Assembly: GCA_011374625.1 (NCBI GenBank) | Contig: DRPN01000142.1 | Span: forward strand, 1-62,509 | DNA: 62,509 nucleotides | Origin: Bacteroidota bacterium | Lineage (GTDB): Bacteria; Bacteroidota; Bacteroidia; Bacteroidales; VadinHA17 | Reading direction: 5' to 3' | In this document: positions 52,319 to 60,086 of the stretch, in pieces | Layout: each line of letters starts with the position of its first letter | How positions within the stretch are numbered: position 1 is the first letter of the stretch | Program-made: the position numbers and the translations under genes | Notes under the pieces: generated by a model | Databases searched by the model: none | What the model was told of the DNA's origin: nothing | The model's input: only the letters and a program-made list of their open reading frames with translations

Positions 52319-52382
52319 TATTTGATAATAAAAGATTAAGTTTCTTCAGTATAGGTTTATTAAAAAATTTCCAATAACCACA

Positions 52383-52493
52383 TCTCAAATTCCAGAAAAC
52401 AGCTGTTTATTTGAAATTGAGAATTGAGATTTATTTCCCTGCCTGCCCGTCAGGCAGGGGGGTTGGAATTTTCCCGAAGAGATGCCATTGGCA
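52383..52493. repeat. Composite palindromic intergenic element A (three consecutive hairpins)
   Basis: HP1, 52383-52422, has 16 Watson-Crick pairs plus 1 G-U out of 20 positions, around a perfect AAACAGCTGTTT core. HP2, 52437-52459, is CCCTGCCTG-cccgt-CAGGCAGGG. HP3, 52483-52493, is TGCCA-t-TGGCA. All are flanked by GAAATT/GGAATT-type A/T-rich motifs. Confidence 0.8.
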
Positions 52494-52524
52494 GAACATT
52501 GGAATTTCAAAGTAACAAAAGCAT

Positions 52525-53325
52525 ATGCAATACAACGTAGCTATTTTGGGTGGTGGAAACATCGGCGGAGCCATTGCCGAAGGTTTTCTGAAAAAGAATG
52601 TCCTGGATCCTGCACAGATCACTGTAACACGACGGAAAATTCATTTATTGGATCATTTGAGATCCAAAGGAGTGATGGTTATGACGGATAATCCGGAAGC
52701 GGTAAGACGATCGGAGGTTGTTCTGGTTGCTGTAAGGCCACGTCAGATGAAACCGTTGCTGGATGAGATCGCGCCCGTGCTGGATCCCTCGAAACATATT
52801 TTGGTGTCGGTGGTGACAGGTTTTTCCATTGCGGAGACGGAAGCCATTGCCGGGGAGCAGGTACCGGTGGTACGGGCTATGCCCAATACGGCAGTAGCAG
52901 TGGGAGAGTCCATGACCGGTCTGGCTGTCAACAAAACAGGTGCTGACAAGCTGGATATTGTGAAGCAGTTATTTGATACCATCGGGCGCACCTATATTAT
53001 CGAAGAAAACCTGATGTCGGCCGCCACAATTTTGAATGCCTGTGGCATAGCCTATTTCCTGCGGGTTATACGGGCCATCTCACAGGGAGGGATACAAATC
53101 GGCTTTCATGCTTCCGAGGCTCAGCTCATCGCTTCGCAGGTGGCCAAAGGTGCAGCCGAATTGATGCTCGATACGGGCATTCATCCCGAAGAAGAGATAG
53201 ACAAGGTAACCACTCCCCGCGGGGTGACCATTGCCGGTCTCAACGAGATGGAGCATCACGGTATGAGCTCAGCCCTGATCAAAGGAATACTGGCCTCTTT
53301 TAACGAGATAGAAAAATTGAAATAA
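52525..53325 (+). CDS. proC: Pyrroline-5-carboxylate reductase
   Basis: 266 aa. NADP motif VAILGGGNIGGAI and the P5CR C-terminal motif TTPRGVTIAGL. Confidence 0.9.
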   Translation: MQYNVAILGGGNIGGAIAEGFLKKNVLDPAQITVTRRKIHLLDHLRSKGVMVMTDNPEAVRRSEVVLVAVRPRQMKPLLDEIAPVLDPSKHILVSVVTGFSIAETEAIAGEQVPVVRAMPNTAVAVGESMTGLAVNKTGADKLDIVKQLFDTIGRTYIIEENLMSAATILNACGIAYFLRVIRAISQGGIQIGFHASEAQLIASQVAKGAAELMLDTGIHPEEEIDKVTTPRGVTIAGLNEMEHHGMSSALIKGILASFNEIEKLK

Positions 53326-54662
53326 TGCAGAAAATCTGGGATAAGAATTTGCTACTTGATCAGGCTGTCGAACAGTTTACCATCGGCAACGATGCAGTGC
53401 TGGATATTGATCTGGCGCCTTTTGACATTTTGGGCTCTATCGCTCATGTGAAAATGCTGAAAAAGGCGGGTTTGATTATGGCCGAAGATGAGGAGAGATT
53501 GGTGAAAGAGTTGCAGATTCTCTACCGAAAGACGGAAACGGGAGAATTTGCCATTGAGCAGGGGATCGAAGATGTGCATTCACAGGTAGAGAAAATCCTC
53601 ACGGAAAAGTTAGGTGAGGCCGGCAAGAAAGTGCATACTGCCCGTTCGCGCAACGACCAGATCATCTTGGATATACGTTTGTTCACACGGGATCGCCTGT
53701 CTCGTCTCCGGCAGGAGATGATTGATCTGTTCGATCTGCTTCTGCAGTTGGGAGTAAAATACAAAGATTATCTGATGCCCGGATATACCCATTTGCAGGT
53801 AGCCATGCCCTCGTCTTTCGGACTGTGGTTCGGTTCTTTTGCCGAGAGTCTGGCGGATGACCTGCTGTTATTGAATGCAGTGTACCGGATAATCAACCAG
53901 AATCCTCTCGGATCGGCAGCCGGTTACGGTTCCTCTTTTCCGGTGGACCGTGAGGAGACCACCCGTCTGCTGGGGTTTGAAGACCTTGTGGTGAATTCCA
54001 TATATGCCCAGACGGGACGTGGGAGGACGGAAAAAGCGGTGGCTACAGCCTTGGCGTCGGTAGCCTCCACCCTGGGGCGTCTGGCCATGGATGCCGTGTT
54101 GTTCATGAATCAGAACTTCGGATTTATCACTCTGCCTGATGCATATACTACCGGTTCCAGCATTATGCCCCACAAGAAGAATCCGGATGCTTTCGAGTTG
54201 ATCCGGGGCCGCTGCAACCGTATTCAGGCCCTGCCCAATGAGATGCAGCTTATCCTGTGCAACCTGCCTACCGGTTATCACCGCGATTTTCAACTGTTGA
54301 AAGAATCCTATCTGCCGGCTTTCGACGATCTCTCGGGATGTCTGAGAATCACATATCTCTTACTGGAGCATCTGGAGATAAAAGAAGGCCTGCTGGAGAA
54401 AGATATCTATAAATATATTTTCAGCGTGGAGGAAGTGAATCGTCTGGTCGGTGAAGGAGTGCCTTTCAGGGAAGCCTACCGGCAGGTCGCAGAGGAGATA
54501 CAATCAGGTAGATTCAGACCCCCGGAAAAAATATCTTACACCCATACAGGCAGTATCGGCAAGCCGGGGTTTGACAAGATCAGGGAAAAAATGGACAAAG
54601 TTGCAGCGGAGGTGGATTTTGACAAAGCCGGGAAGATCATGTATGGATTACTGGAGGCCTGA
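53325..54662 (+). CDS. argH: Argininosuccinate lyase
   Basis: 445 aa fumarate-lyase family. Motifs seen: TARSRNDQ and [12 protein letters not shown]. Its ATG overlaps the proC stop (TAATG). Confidence 0.93.
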   Translation: MQKIWDKNLLLDQAVEQFTIGNDAVLDIDLAPFDILGSIAHVKMLKKAGLIMAEDEERLVKELQILYRKTETGEFAIEQGIEDVHSQVEKILTEKLGEAGKKVHTARSRNDQIILDIRLFTRDRLSRLRQEMIDLFDLLLQLGVKYKDYLMPGYTHLQVAMPSSFGLWFGSFAESLADDLLLLNAVYRIINQNPLGSAAGYGSSFPVDREETTRLLGFEDLVVNSIYAQTGRGRTEKAVATALASVASTLGRLAMDAVLFMNQNFGFITLPDAYTTGSSIMPHKKNPDAFELIRGRCNRIQALPNEMQLILCNLPTGYHRDFQLLKESYLPAFDDLSGCLRITYLLLEHLEIKEGLLEKDIYKYIFSVEEVNRLVGEGVPFREAYRQVAEEIQSGRFRPPEKISYTHTGSIGKPGFDKIREKMDKVAAEVDFDKAGKIMYGLLEA

Positions 54663-54699
54663 AAACCGGAATAGATGGAGGGGATTCTGTGAAAATAGT

Positions 54700-54855
54700 G
54701 GTGAAGGTAGAGATACGCGTTTTACTGACGGCTACGAGTTCGGTTTCGGTGCTGAGATCGGTATCAGCACCCAGAAACTTCGTGCCCGCGGGCCTATGGG
54801 GTTAAATGAATTGACCACGGCCAAATACATCGTATATGGCGATGGTCAGGTAAGA
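54700..54855 (+). pseudogene. proA: 3'-terminal remnant of gamma-glutamyl phosphate reductase
   Basis: The frame reads [48 protein letters not shown]. This matches the conserved ProA C-terminus (..STRFTDG..FG.GAE.G.ST.KLHARGPMG...LTT.K....G.G..R). There is no upstream ProA sequence and no start codon. Confidence 0.7.
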
Positions 54856-54992
54856 GAACGATTAAGGCAGGAGGCAGGAAAGGAAGAAGGTAGAAGCACA
54901 AGATTTTGCGCTCGGTACAACCTCGGGATAGGTTATAATCAGTATGGACCGACACGTGAAAAAAATTATGAGCAAATCTTTACAAAGTGATC

Positions 54993-55020
54993 CCTGCAGG
55001 CTGATAGATAGGCCTTCAGG
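54993..55020. terminator. Hairpin between convergent argH and tsaC
   Basis: CCTGCAGGC (54993-55001) pairs with GGCCTTCAGG (55011-55020): 8 Watson-Crick pairs with one internal mismatch. Confidence 0.35.
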
Positions 55021-55071
55021 ATATCTGGCATTTAAAATCAATATTTTTTCAGATGTTTTGTTAATAAACTT

Positions 55072-55686
55072 TCAACTTTCGAGCTTACCGATCCCTTCCC
55101 GTACGATCACAGGCTCCTCTCCGGTGCAATCCACCACGGTGGAGGCTACGTTGTTGCCGTAACCGCCATTCACGACAATGTCTGCCAGATGGCCGTATTT
55201 TTCGTAGATCAACTCCGGGTCGGTGATATAATTTACGACCTCATCTTCGGAATGAATAGAGCTGGACAGGATAGGCCGGCCCAGGGCCCGGACAATCTCC
55301 AGAGGGATGTTGTTGTCGGGGATACGTACTCCGATGGTTTTTTTCTTTCCTTTAAAAAGTTTGGGGACCTTGTGATTGGCCGGAAGGATAAAGGTGAACG
55401 GCCCCGGCAGGTTGTGTTTAAGAAGCTTGAATACGGTCTTGTCCAATGGAGGCGTATATTCCGCTACCTGCCTGATATCTGAAAAAATAAATGAAAAATC
55501 CGGATTCTTAGGGTTGGCCCCCTTCAGATGAGCCAGCCGCTCCAAGGCTTTGGGTTTGTTTACATCACATCCTATGGCATATATTGTATCCGTTGGATAG
55601 ATCACCAACCCACCGTTCTCCAACACTTCAGAGATATAGCGGATATGCCTCTGGCTCGGCATTTCGGGATATAATCTGATAAACAT
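55072..55686 (-). CDS. tsaC: L-threonylcarbamoyladenylate synthase (TsaC/YrdC family)
   Basis: 204 aa. Motifs seen: VIYPTDTIYAIGCD, LKGANPKNPDFSFIF, SSS... Confidence 0.85.
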   Translation of the reverse strand: MFIRLYPEMPSQRHIRYISEVLENGGLVIYPTDTIYAIGCDVNKPKALERLAHLKGANPKNPDFSFIFSDIRQVAEYTPPLDKTVFKLLKHNLPGPFTFILPANHKVPKLFKGKKKTIGVRIPDNNIPLEIVRALGRPILSSSIHSEDEVVNYITDPELIYEKYGHLADIVVNGGYGNNVASTVVDCTGEEPVIVREGIGKLES

Positions 55687-55758
55687 AGCATAAATGTAAA
55701 GTTAACAACGAAATCCCCATAAAAATAATAATTTCTAATTTACAATAATCAAATTTCC

Positions 55759-55779
55759 TGCCTGACCGGCAGTCAGGCA
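55759..55779. repeat. Palindromic element B (TGCCTGAC-cggca-GTCAGGCA)
   Basis: 8-bp perfect stem with a 5-nt loop, flanked by AAATTTCC and AATTTTCAAATCC. It has the same core (TGCCTG..CAGGCA) and flank style as element A. Confidence 0.75.
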
Positions 55780-55829
55780 AATAATTTTCAAATCCTGATA
55801 ATCAGAACAGTATTGATTAAAATAAAAGA

Positions 55830-55929
55830 GGGGTAAGCTCCTTATATCGCACCGCTACAACCACCTTACCCTTGCTGCCTTCCGGCCCTGGGGGAGTTCA
55901 GCAGGAGCTGGTCGTATAAGACTTACCCC
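55830..55929 (-). ncRNA. ffs: Signal recognition particle RNA (small/4.5S type)
   Basis: The minus strand reads GGGGTAAGTC...CCCCAGGGCC-GGAA-GGCAGCAAGGGTAAGG...GAGCTTACCCC. It has the domain IV signature (AGG/GGAA tetraloop/AGCA) and a closing helix GGGGTAAG/CTTACCCC. TCTTTTATTTT follows immediately, and a TACTTTTG -7 box lies just upstream. Confidence 0.85.
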
Positions 55930-55932
55930 GTG

Positions 55933-55940
55933 CAAAAGTA
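55933..55940 (-). promoter_or_regulatory. -7 promoter box TACTTTTG for ffs
   Basis: Plus-strand CAAAAGTA equals minus-strand TACTTTTG. It ends 3 nt before the first G of the SRP RNA closing helix. Confidence 0.5.
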
Positions 55941-56001
55941 CTAACTTTTTTATTGTTGTACAAACCCCCTGTTTGAAAAGAAGGATAATTGGAAAAAAAC
56001 T

Positions 56002-56009
56002 TATCTTTG
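56002..56009 (+). promoter_or_regulatory. -7 promoter box TATCTTTG for the DUF4199-GT2-heptose operon
   Basis: Matches TAnnTTTG, 25 nt upstream of the ATG at 56035. Confidence 0.4.
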
Positions 56010-56034
56010 TTGAATAACTATAAAAACTACGATT

Positions 56035-56583
56035 ATGGAACAAAACAGAACTTCTGTCTGGAAAGCTACCCTGAACACAGGGATCTTCCTGGGACTGGTG
56101 TTGGTGCTTTATTCTTTGTTACTTTACTTTACGAACCAGATAACAAACAGGAACCTGGGCTATATTTCTTTGGTGATTGACATTGTTGGTTTATGTCTGG
56201 GGATCAACAGCTTCAGAAAAAACTACCGGGATGGTTTTCTGTCCTATGGCCAGGTCCTGGGAGCCGGTGTAGTGATTTCGTTGTACGCTGCAATTATCTC
56301 CGGGATATTTGTTTATGTCCTGTATGCATACATCGACCAGGATCTGATCCGGCAACTATTGGATATCTCCAGGGATAAAATGATGGAAAAGGGAATGAAC
56401 GATCAGCAGATAGAGATGTCAATGAAAATCACTTCCAAAATTATGAAACCCTGGTTTATGGGTATCTCATCTGTGTTAAATGGCGTATTTTTCGGGACAC
56501 TCATTTCTCTGATTCTGGGTATCTTCCTGAAAAGGGAAGGAGAGGCCCCGTTTGCCGAAGCGACCACGGAAGAAGGAGAATAA
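56035..56583 (+). CDS. DUF4199-like small polytopic membrane protein
   Basis: 182 aa with four predicted TM segments. N-terminus is MEQNRTSVWKATLNTGIFLGLVLVLYSLLLYF. The family call is from memory. Confidence 0.6.
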   Translation: MEQNRTSVWKATLNTGIFLGLVLVLYSLLLYFTNQITNRNLGYISLVIDIVGLCLGINSFRKNYRDGFLSYGQVLGAGVVISLYAAIISGIFVYVLYAYIDQDLIRQLLDISRDKMMEKGMNDQQIEMSMKITSKIMKPWFMGISSVLNGVFFGTLISLILGIFLKREGEAPFAEATTEEGE

Positions 56584-56592
56584 TCGTATTTT

Positions 56593-57591
56593 ATGACTGA
56601 TAAGATTATGGACCTGACGGTTGTATCACCTTTATACAACGAAGAAGAGTCTTTGCCGGAACTGACGCAGTGGATAAGGGAAGTGTGTGAAAAACACCGA
56701 CTTTCTTATGAAATCATATTTGTGGATGACGGGAGTACCGACAAATCCTGGCAGGTAATTGAGGACCTTTCTGTAAAATACCCGGAAGTTAAAGGGATAC
56801 GTTTTAAAAGAAACTATGGCAAATCAGCTGCCCTGCATATCGGATTTCGGGCTGCCTCGGGGGAGGTGGTGATCACCATGGATGCCGACCTGCAGGATAA
56901 CCCGGAGGAAATACCTGAGCTGGTACGTATGATCAGGGAAGAGGGTTATGATATGGTCTCGGGGTGGAAGAAAAAAAGATATGACCCCCTTTCCAAAACG
57001 TTGCCGAGTAAATTTTTTAACCTGACTGCCAGGATCGTCACCGACATTAAATTGCATGACTTCAACTGCGGACTGAAAGCTTACAGGAATAATGTGGTAA
57101 AATCCATAGAGGTGTATGGAGAGATGCACCGTTATATCCCTGTGTTGGCAAAACAAGCCGGCTTTGTCAAAATAGGGGAAAAGGTAGTCAAACATCAAAA
57201 AAGGAAATACGGTGTGACCAAATTCGGCCTGTCCCGTTTTATCAAAGGATATCTCGACCTGATGTCGGTGATTTTTATTACCAGGTTCGGAAAAAGACCG
57301 ATGCACCTGTTTGGTTCTCTGGGCACCCTGATGTTTCTTATCGGTTTGCTGGCAGCTATCTGGCTGGGTGTACGGAAATTATGGTTCCTGCATCATAATA
57401 TCCCCGCACCCCTGATTACTGCAAGCCCTTACTTTTATCTCTCGCTGACGGCGATGATCCTGGGAACTCAGCTGTTCCTTGCAGGATTTCTGGGTGAACT
57501 GGTCTCACGCAGTTCGGTGGACCGAAATACCTATCTCGTGACGGAAAGACTTAATTTCAAAGAATCTGATGTGAAACAACAAAAGCCGTAA
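56593..57591 (+). CDS. GT2 polyprenyl-phosphate glycosyltransferase (GtrB/ArnC/DPM1-like)
   Basis: 332 aa. Motifs seen: VVSPLYNEEESL, FVDDGSTD, MDADLQD, and two C-terminal TM helices. Confidence 0.8.
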   Translation: MTDKIMDLTVVSPLYNEEESLPELTQWIREVCEKHRLSYEIIFVDDGSTDKSWQVIEDLSVKYPEVKGIRFKRNYGKSAALHIGFRAASGEVVITMDADLQDNPEEIPELVRMIREEGYDMVSGWKKKRYDPLSKTLPSKFFNLTARIVTDIKLHDFNCGLKAYRNNVVKSIEVYGEMHRYIPVLAKQAGFVKIGEKVVKHQKRKYGVTKFGLSRFIKGYLDLMSVIFITRFGKRPMHLFGSLGTLMFLIGLLAAIWLGVRKLWFLHHNIPAPLITASPYFYLSLTAMILGTQLFLAGFLGELVSRSSVDRNTYLVTERLNFKESDVKQQKP

Positions 57592-57593
57592 GG

Positions 57594-58652
57594 ATGATCA
57601 TTCGTAGCAGAGCTCCTCTGAGACTTGGTTTTGGCGGCGGCGGCACTGACGTTTCTCCTTATAGTGACGAATATGGAGGATGTACCCTCAGCGCCACCAT
57701 TAACATGTATGCCTATTGTACTATTGAACCGACAGAGGATCATACCGTTGAATTTCTTGCACCCGACCTGAAAAAGCATTACCGGTCCGAAGCTTTGAAG
57801 GAACTGCCGGTGGATAATGAATTGCCGTTGCACAAAGAGATATACAACGAGATTGTCCGGAATTATAACCACGGAAAACCTCTCTCTTTTCGTATGATTA
57901 CCTTTTCCGATGCTTTGCCGGGTTCGGGACTGGGCACCTCGTCCACAATGGTGGTGGCTATTCTGCATGCTTTTATGGAATGGTTGCATCTTCCTTTGGG
58001 TGATTACGACCTGGCACGCCTGGCTTACCACATCGAAAGAGAAACTTTGGGACTGAAAGGAGGCAGGCAGGACCAGTATTCGGCGGCTTTCGGGGGGATC
58101 AACTTTATGGAGTATTACAATGATAACAAGGTGATCGTCAATCCTCTGCGCATAAAACCCTGGGTGAAGAATGAGCTGGAAGACTCGCTGGTGCTGTTTT
58201 TTACCGGACAGTCAAGGGATTCCTCGATAATCATAGAGGAGCAGATGAAAAATGCCCGGGAGAAAGTCCCGGAAGCACTTGGGGCTATGCACCGGACCAA
58301 ACAGATCGCTATGGAGATGAAAGAGAAAATCCTGACCGGCGACATAGACGGATTCATGGATTGTATAAAACGCGGATGGGAGTCGAAGAAAAAAGCTTCT
58401 TCGGTGATCACCAACGAAAACCTGGAGAGCATCTATCGTTTTGCCATGGAACACGGAGCCCGTGCAGGAAAAGTGTCTGGCGCCGGGGGAGGAGGCTTCT
58501 TCATGTTCTTCGTGGATATACCGCAGAGGCCCGACTTTATCAGACACATGGAAAGCTATGGGGGAAAAGTGATTCTGCCGAAGTTCGTGGAAAAAGGATC
58601 GGAGAGCTGGAGTCTGGGAAATTCCAAATTCCAAATCACAAATACCAAATAA
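57594..58652 (+). CDS. hddA: GHMP-family sugar kinase, D-glycero-alpha-D-manno-heptose 7-phosphate kinase-like
   Basis: 352 aa. IIRSRAPLRLGFGGGGTDVSPYSDEYGG and the GHMP motif LPGSGLGTSS (COG2605-type). The last roughly 10 codons and the stop lie inside palindromic element C. Confidence 0.65.
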   Translation: MIIRSRAPLRLGFGGGGTDVSPYSDEYGGCTLSATINMYAYCTIEPTEDHTVEFLAPDLKKHYRSEALKELPVDNELPLHKEIYNEIVRNYNHGKPLSFRMITFSDALPGSGLGTSSTMVVAILHAFMEWLHLPLGDYDLARLAYHIERETLGLKGGRQDQYSAAFGGINFMEYYNDNKVIVNPLRIKPWVKNELEDSLVLFFTGQSRDSSIIIEEQMKNAREKVPEALGAMHRTKQIAMEMKEKILTGDIDGFMDCIKRGWESKKKASSVITNENLESIYRFAMEHGARAGKVSGAGGGGFFMFFVDIPQRPDFIRHMESYGGKVILPKFVEKGSESWSLGNSKFQITNTK

Positions 58653-58750
58653 ATACCAATATTCAATATTCAAATCTCAAACGGATGTTTGAATATTGTG
58701 ATTTGTGATTTGGGTTTTGTTTGGAATTGGGTGCCTGGCATTTGAAATTT
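58620..58750. repeat. Composite palindromic element C (MITE/REP-like, about 110-130 nt)
   Basis: Three nested stems. 58620-58628 pairs with 58720-58728 (9 bp). 58631-58643 pairs with 58701-58713 (13 bp perfect, CCAAATCACAAAT/ATTTGTGATTTGG). 58665-58674 pairs with 58688-58697 (10 bp perfect). TGCCTGGCA (58732-58740) and TTTGAAATTT follow. Confidence 0.8.
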
Positions 58751-58758
58751 TAGAATAT

Positions 58759-59466
58759 ATGGAAGCAATAATACTGGCAGGAGGTTTCGGTACACGCCTG
58801 AAAAAACTGAACCTGGATGTTCCCAAACCCATGGTGCAGGTGCAGGGAAAGCCTTTTCTGGAATATTTGTTATCATACCTGAAACATTCCGGAACCGCCC
58901 ATGTTGTCTTGTCTGTAGGCTACAAAGGGGAGATGATCAGGGAATACTTCGGAGAGGAATGGAAAGGTATGAAGCTCTCCTGGTCCTGCGAGGATCATCC
59001 GCTGGGGACAGGCGGAGGGGTGAAAAAAGCTATGGCTTTCTGTACCGAAGATCAGGTATGGGTGCTTAACGGAGATACTTTCTTTGATGTGAACCCTGAG
59101 AAAATGTATGCTTTTCATGTGCGTGAAAATAGCTTTTTTACCCTGGCCGGGAAACAGATGAAAGCTCCCGGACGGTACGGTCTGATCAGATATGACCGGC
59201 AGCACAGGATCATGGCTTTCGAGGAGAAAAACCCCGAAACCGAGGAAGGTGTAATCAATGGGGGAGTTTATCTTATCCGGAAAGATGATTTTCTGGCAAA
59301 ACCACTGCCCGAAGCTTTTTCCATGGAACATGATTTTCTGGAGGTTTATGTCGGGAAAGATAAGTTTATGCTGTATCTTTCGGACGGTTATTTTATTGAT
59401 ATCGGGATCCCGGAAGACCTTGAAAAAGCGCAAAATGAATACCATTGTTTCCGGAAATATAAATAA
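58759..59466 (+). CDS. hddC: Sugar-1-phosphate nucleotidyltransferase, D-glycero-alpha-D-manno-heptose 1-phosphate guanylyltransferase-like
   Basis: MEAIILAGGFGTRLKKLNLDVPKPMVQVQGKPFLEYLL. The start is moved to the ATG at 58759, because the track start lies inside element C. Confidence 0.65.
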   Translation: MEAIILAGGFGTRLKKLNLDVPKPMVQVQGKPFLEYLLSYLKHSGTAHVVLSVGYKGEMIREYFGEEWKGMKLSWSCEDHPLGTGGGVKKAMAFCTEDQVWVLNGDTFFDVNPEKMYAFHVRENSFFTLAGKQMKAPGRYGLIRYDRQHRIMAFEEKNPETEEGVINGGVYLIRKDDFLAKPLPEAFSMEHDFLEVYVGKDKFMLYLSDGYFIDIGIPEDLEKAQNEYHCFRKYK

Positions 59467-60013
59467 GGCTTTGTTTGTTGACCGCGACGGTGTGATCAAC
59501 AGGGAAAAGGATTATGTTTGCCGTGTCGAAGACTTTGAGTTTATTGCCGGCGTCATGGAAGCCTTGAAGAAAGTCGCTGTGCTTGGATATAAGATTATCG
59601 TCATCTCTAATCAGGCCGGTATTGCCAGAGGCTATTACAGCGAAGAGGATTTTCACAGGATCACGGAATGGATGCGCGGTGAGTTCCGGAAAAAGGGAGT
59701 GGAAGTCACGGATGTGTATTATGATCCCACGCATCCGGAGTATGGAACAGGAAAATACAAAAGGGTTAGTGCACGCCGAAAACCGGCACCCGGAATGATC
59801 CTGGATGCGGTGAGAGATCACCGGATCAACCTGCAGCAATCGGCACTGGTGGGGGATAAACTTACGGATATTGAGGCCGGACGACGGGCAGGGGTGAAAC
59901 ACCTGTTCCTGGTGCGGACAGGACATCCCTTTCGTGATGAGGAAGTGCCGGCAGGAGTGAAGATCGTGGAAGATCTGCGGGAAGTGGCGGAAAAGCTGAA
60001 GAATATCGAATGA
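59435..60013 (+). CDS. gmhB: D-glycero-D-manno-heptose 1,7-bisphosphate phosphatase
   Basis: HAD motifs: ALFVDRDGVIN, SNQAG, GDKLTDIEAG. The start is placed at the ATG at 59435 (MNTIVSGN), which overlaps the hddC end by 32 nt. Confidence 0.75.
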   Translation: MNTIVSGNINKALFVDRDGVINREKDYVCRVEDFEFIAGVMEALKKVAVLGYKIIVISNQAGIARGYYSEEDFHRITEWMRGEFRKKGVEVTDVYYDPTHPEYGTGKYKRVSARRKPAPGMILDAVRDHRINLQQSALVGDKLTDIEAGRRAGVKHLFLVRTGHPFRDEEVPAGVKIVEDLREVAEKLKNIE

Positions 60014-60086
60014 TGAATTTTTAATTATGTACCTCTGCCTCTTTCCTCCGGGGAGTGAGCGGGGAGGAGGGTGAAAGATGAAATAA

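Noticed and set aside
52489-52503. TGGCAGAACATTGGA upstream of proC, considered as a sigma-54 -24/-12 promoter.
   Set aside because: The -12 position reads TTGG rather than the conserved TTGC (the GC dinucleotide is missing). The TGGCA is better explained as half of the TGCCA-t-TGGCA palindrome.
54451-54990. 179-aa plus-strand ORF, considered as an intact gene.
   Set aside because: Its first 70 codons overlap argH out of frame. After the argH stop the only Met is internal to the ProA-like motif. It is interpreted as a proA 3' remnant plus read-on.
55855-56043. 62-aa minus-strand ORF.
   Set aside because: It overlaps the SRP RNA gene and its promoter. The RNA signature explains the conservation-like structure better.
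58873-59499. 208-aa minus-strand ORF.
   Set aside because: It is antisense to the hddC-like gene.
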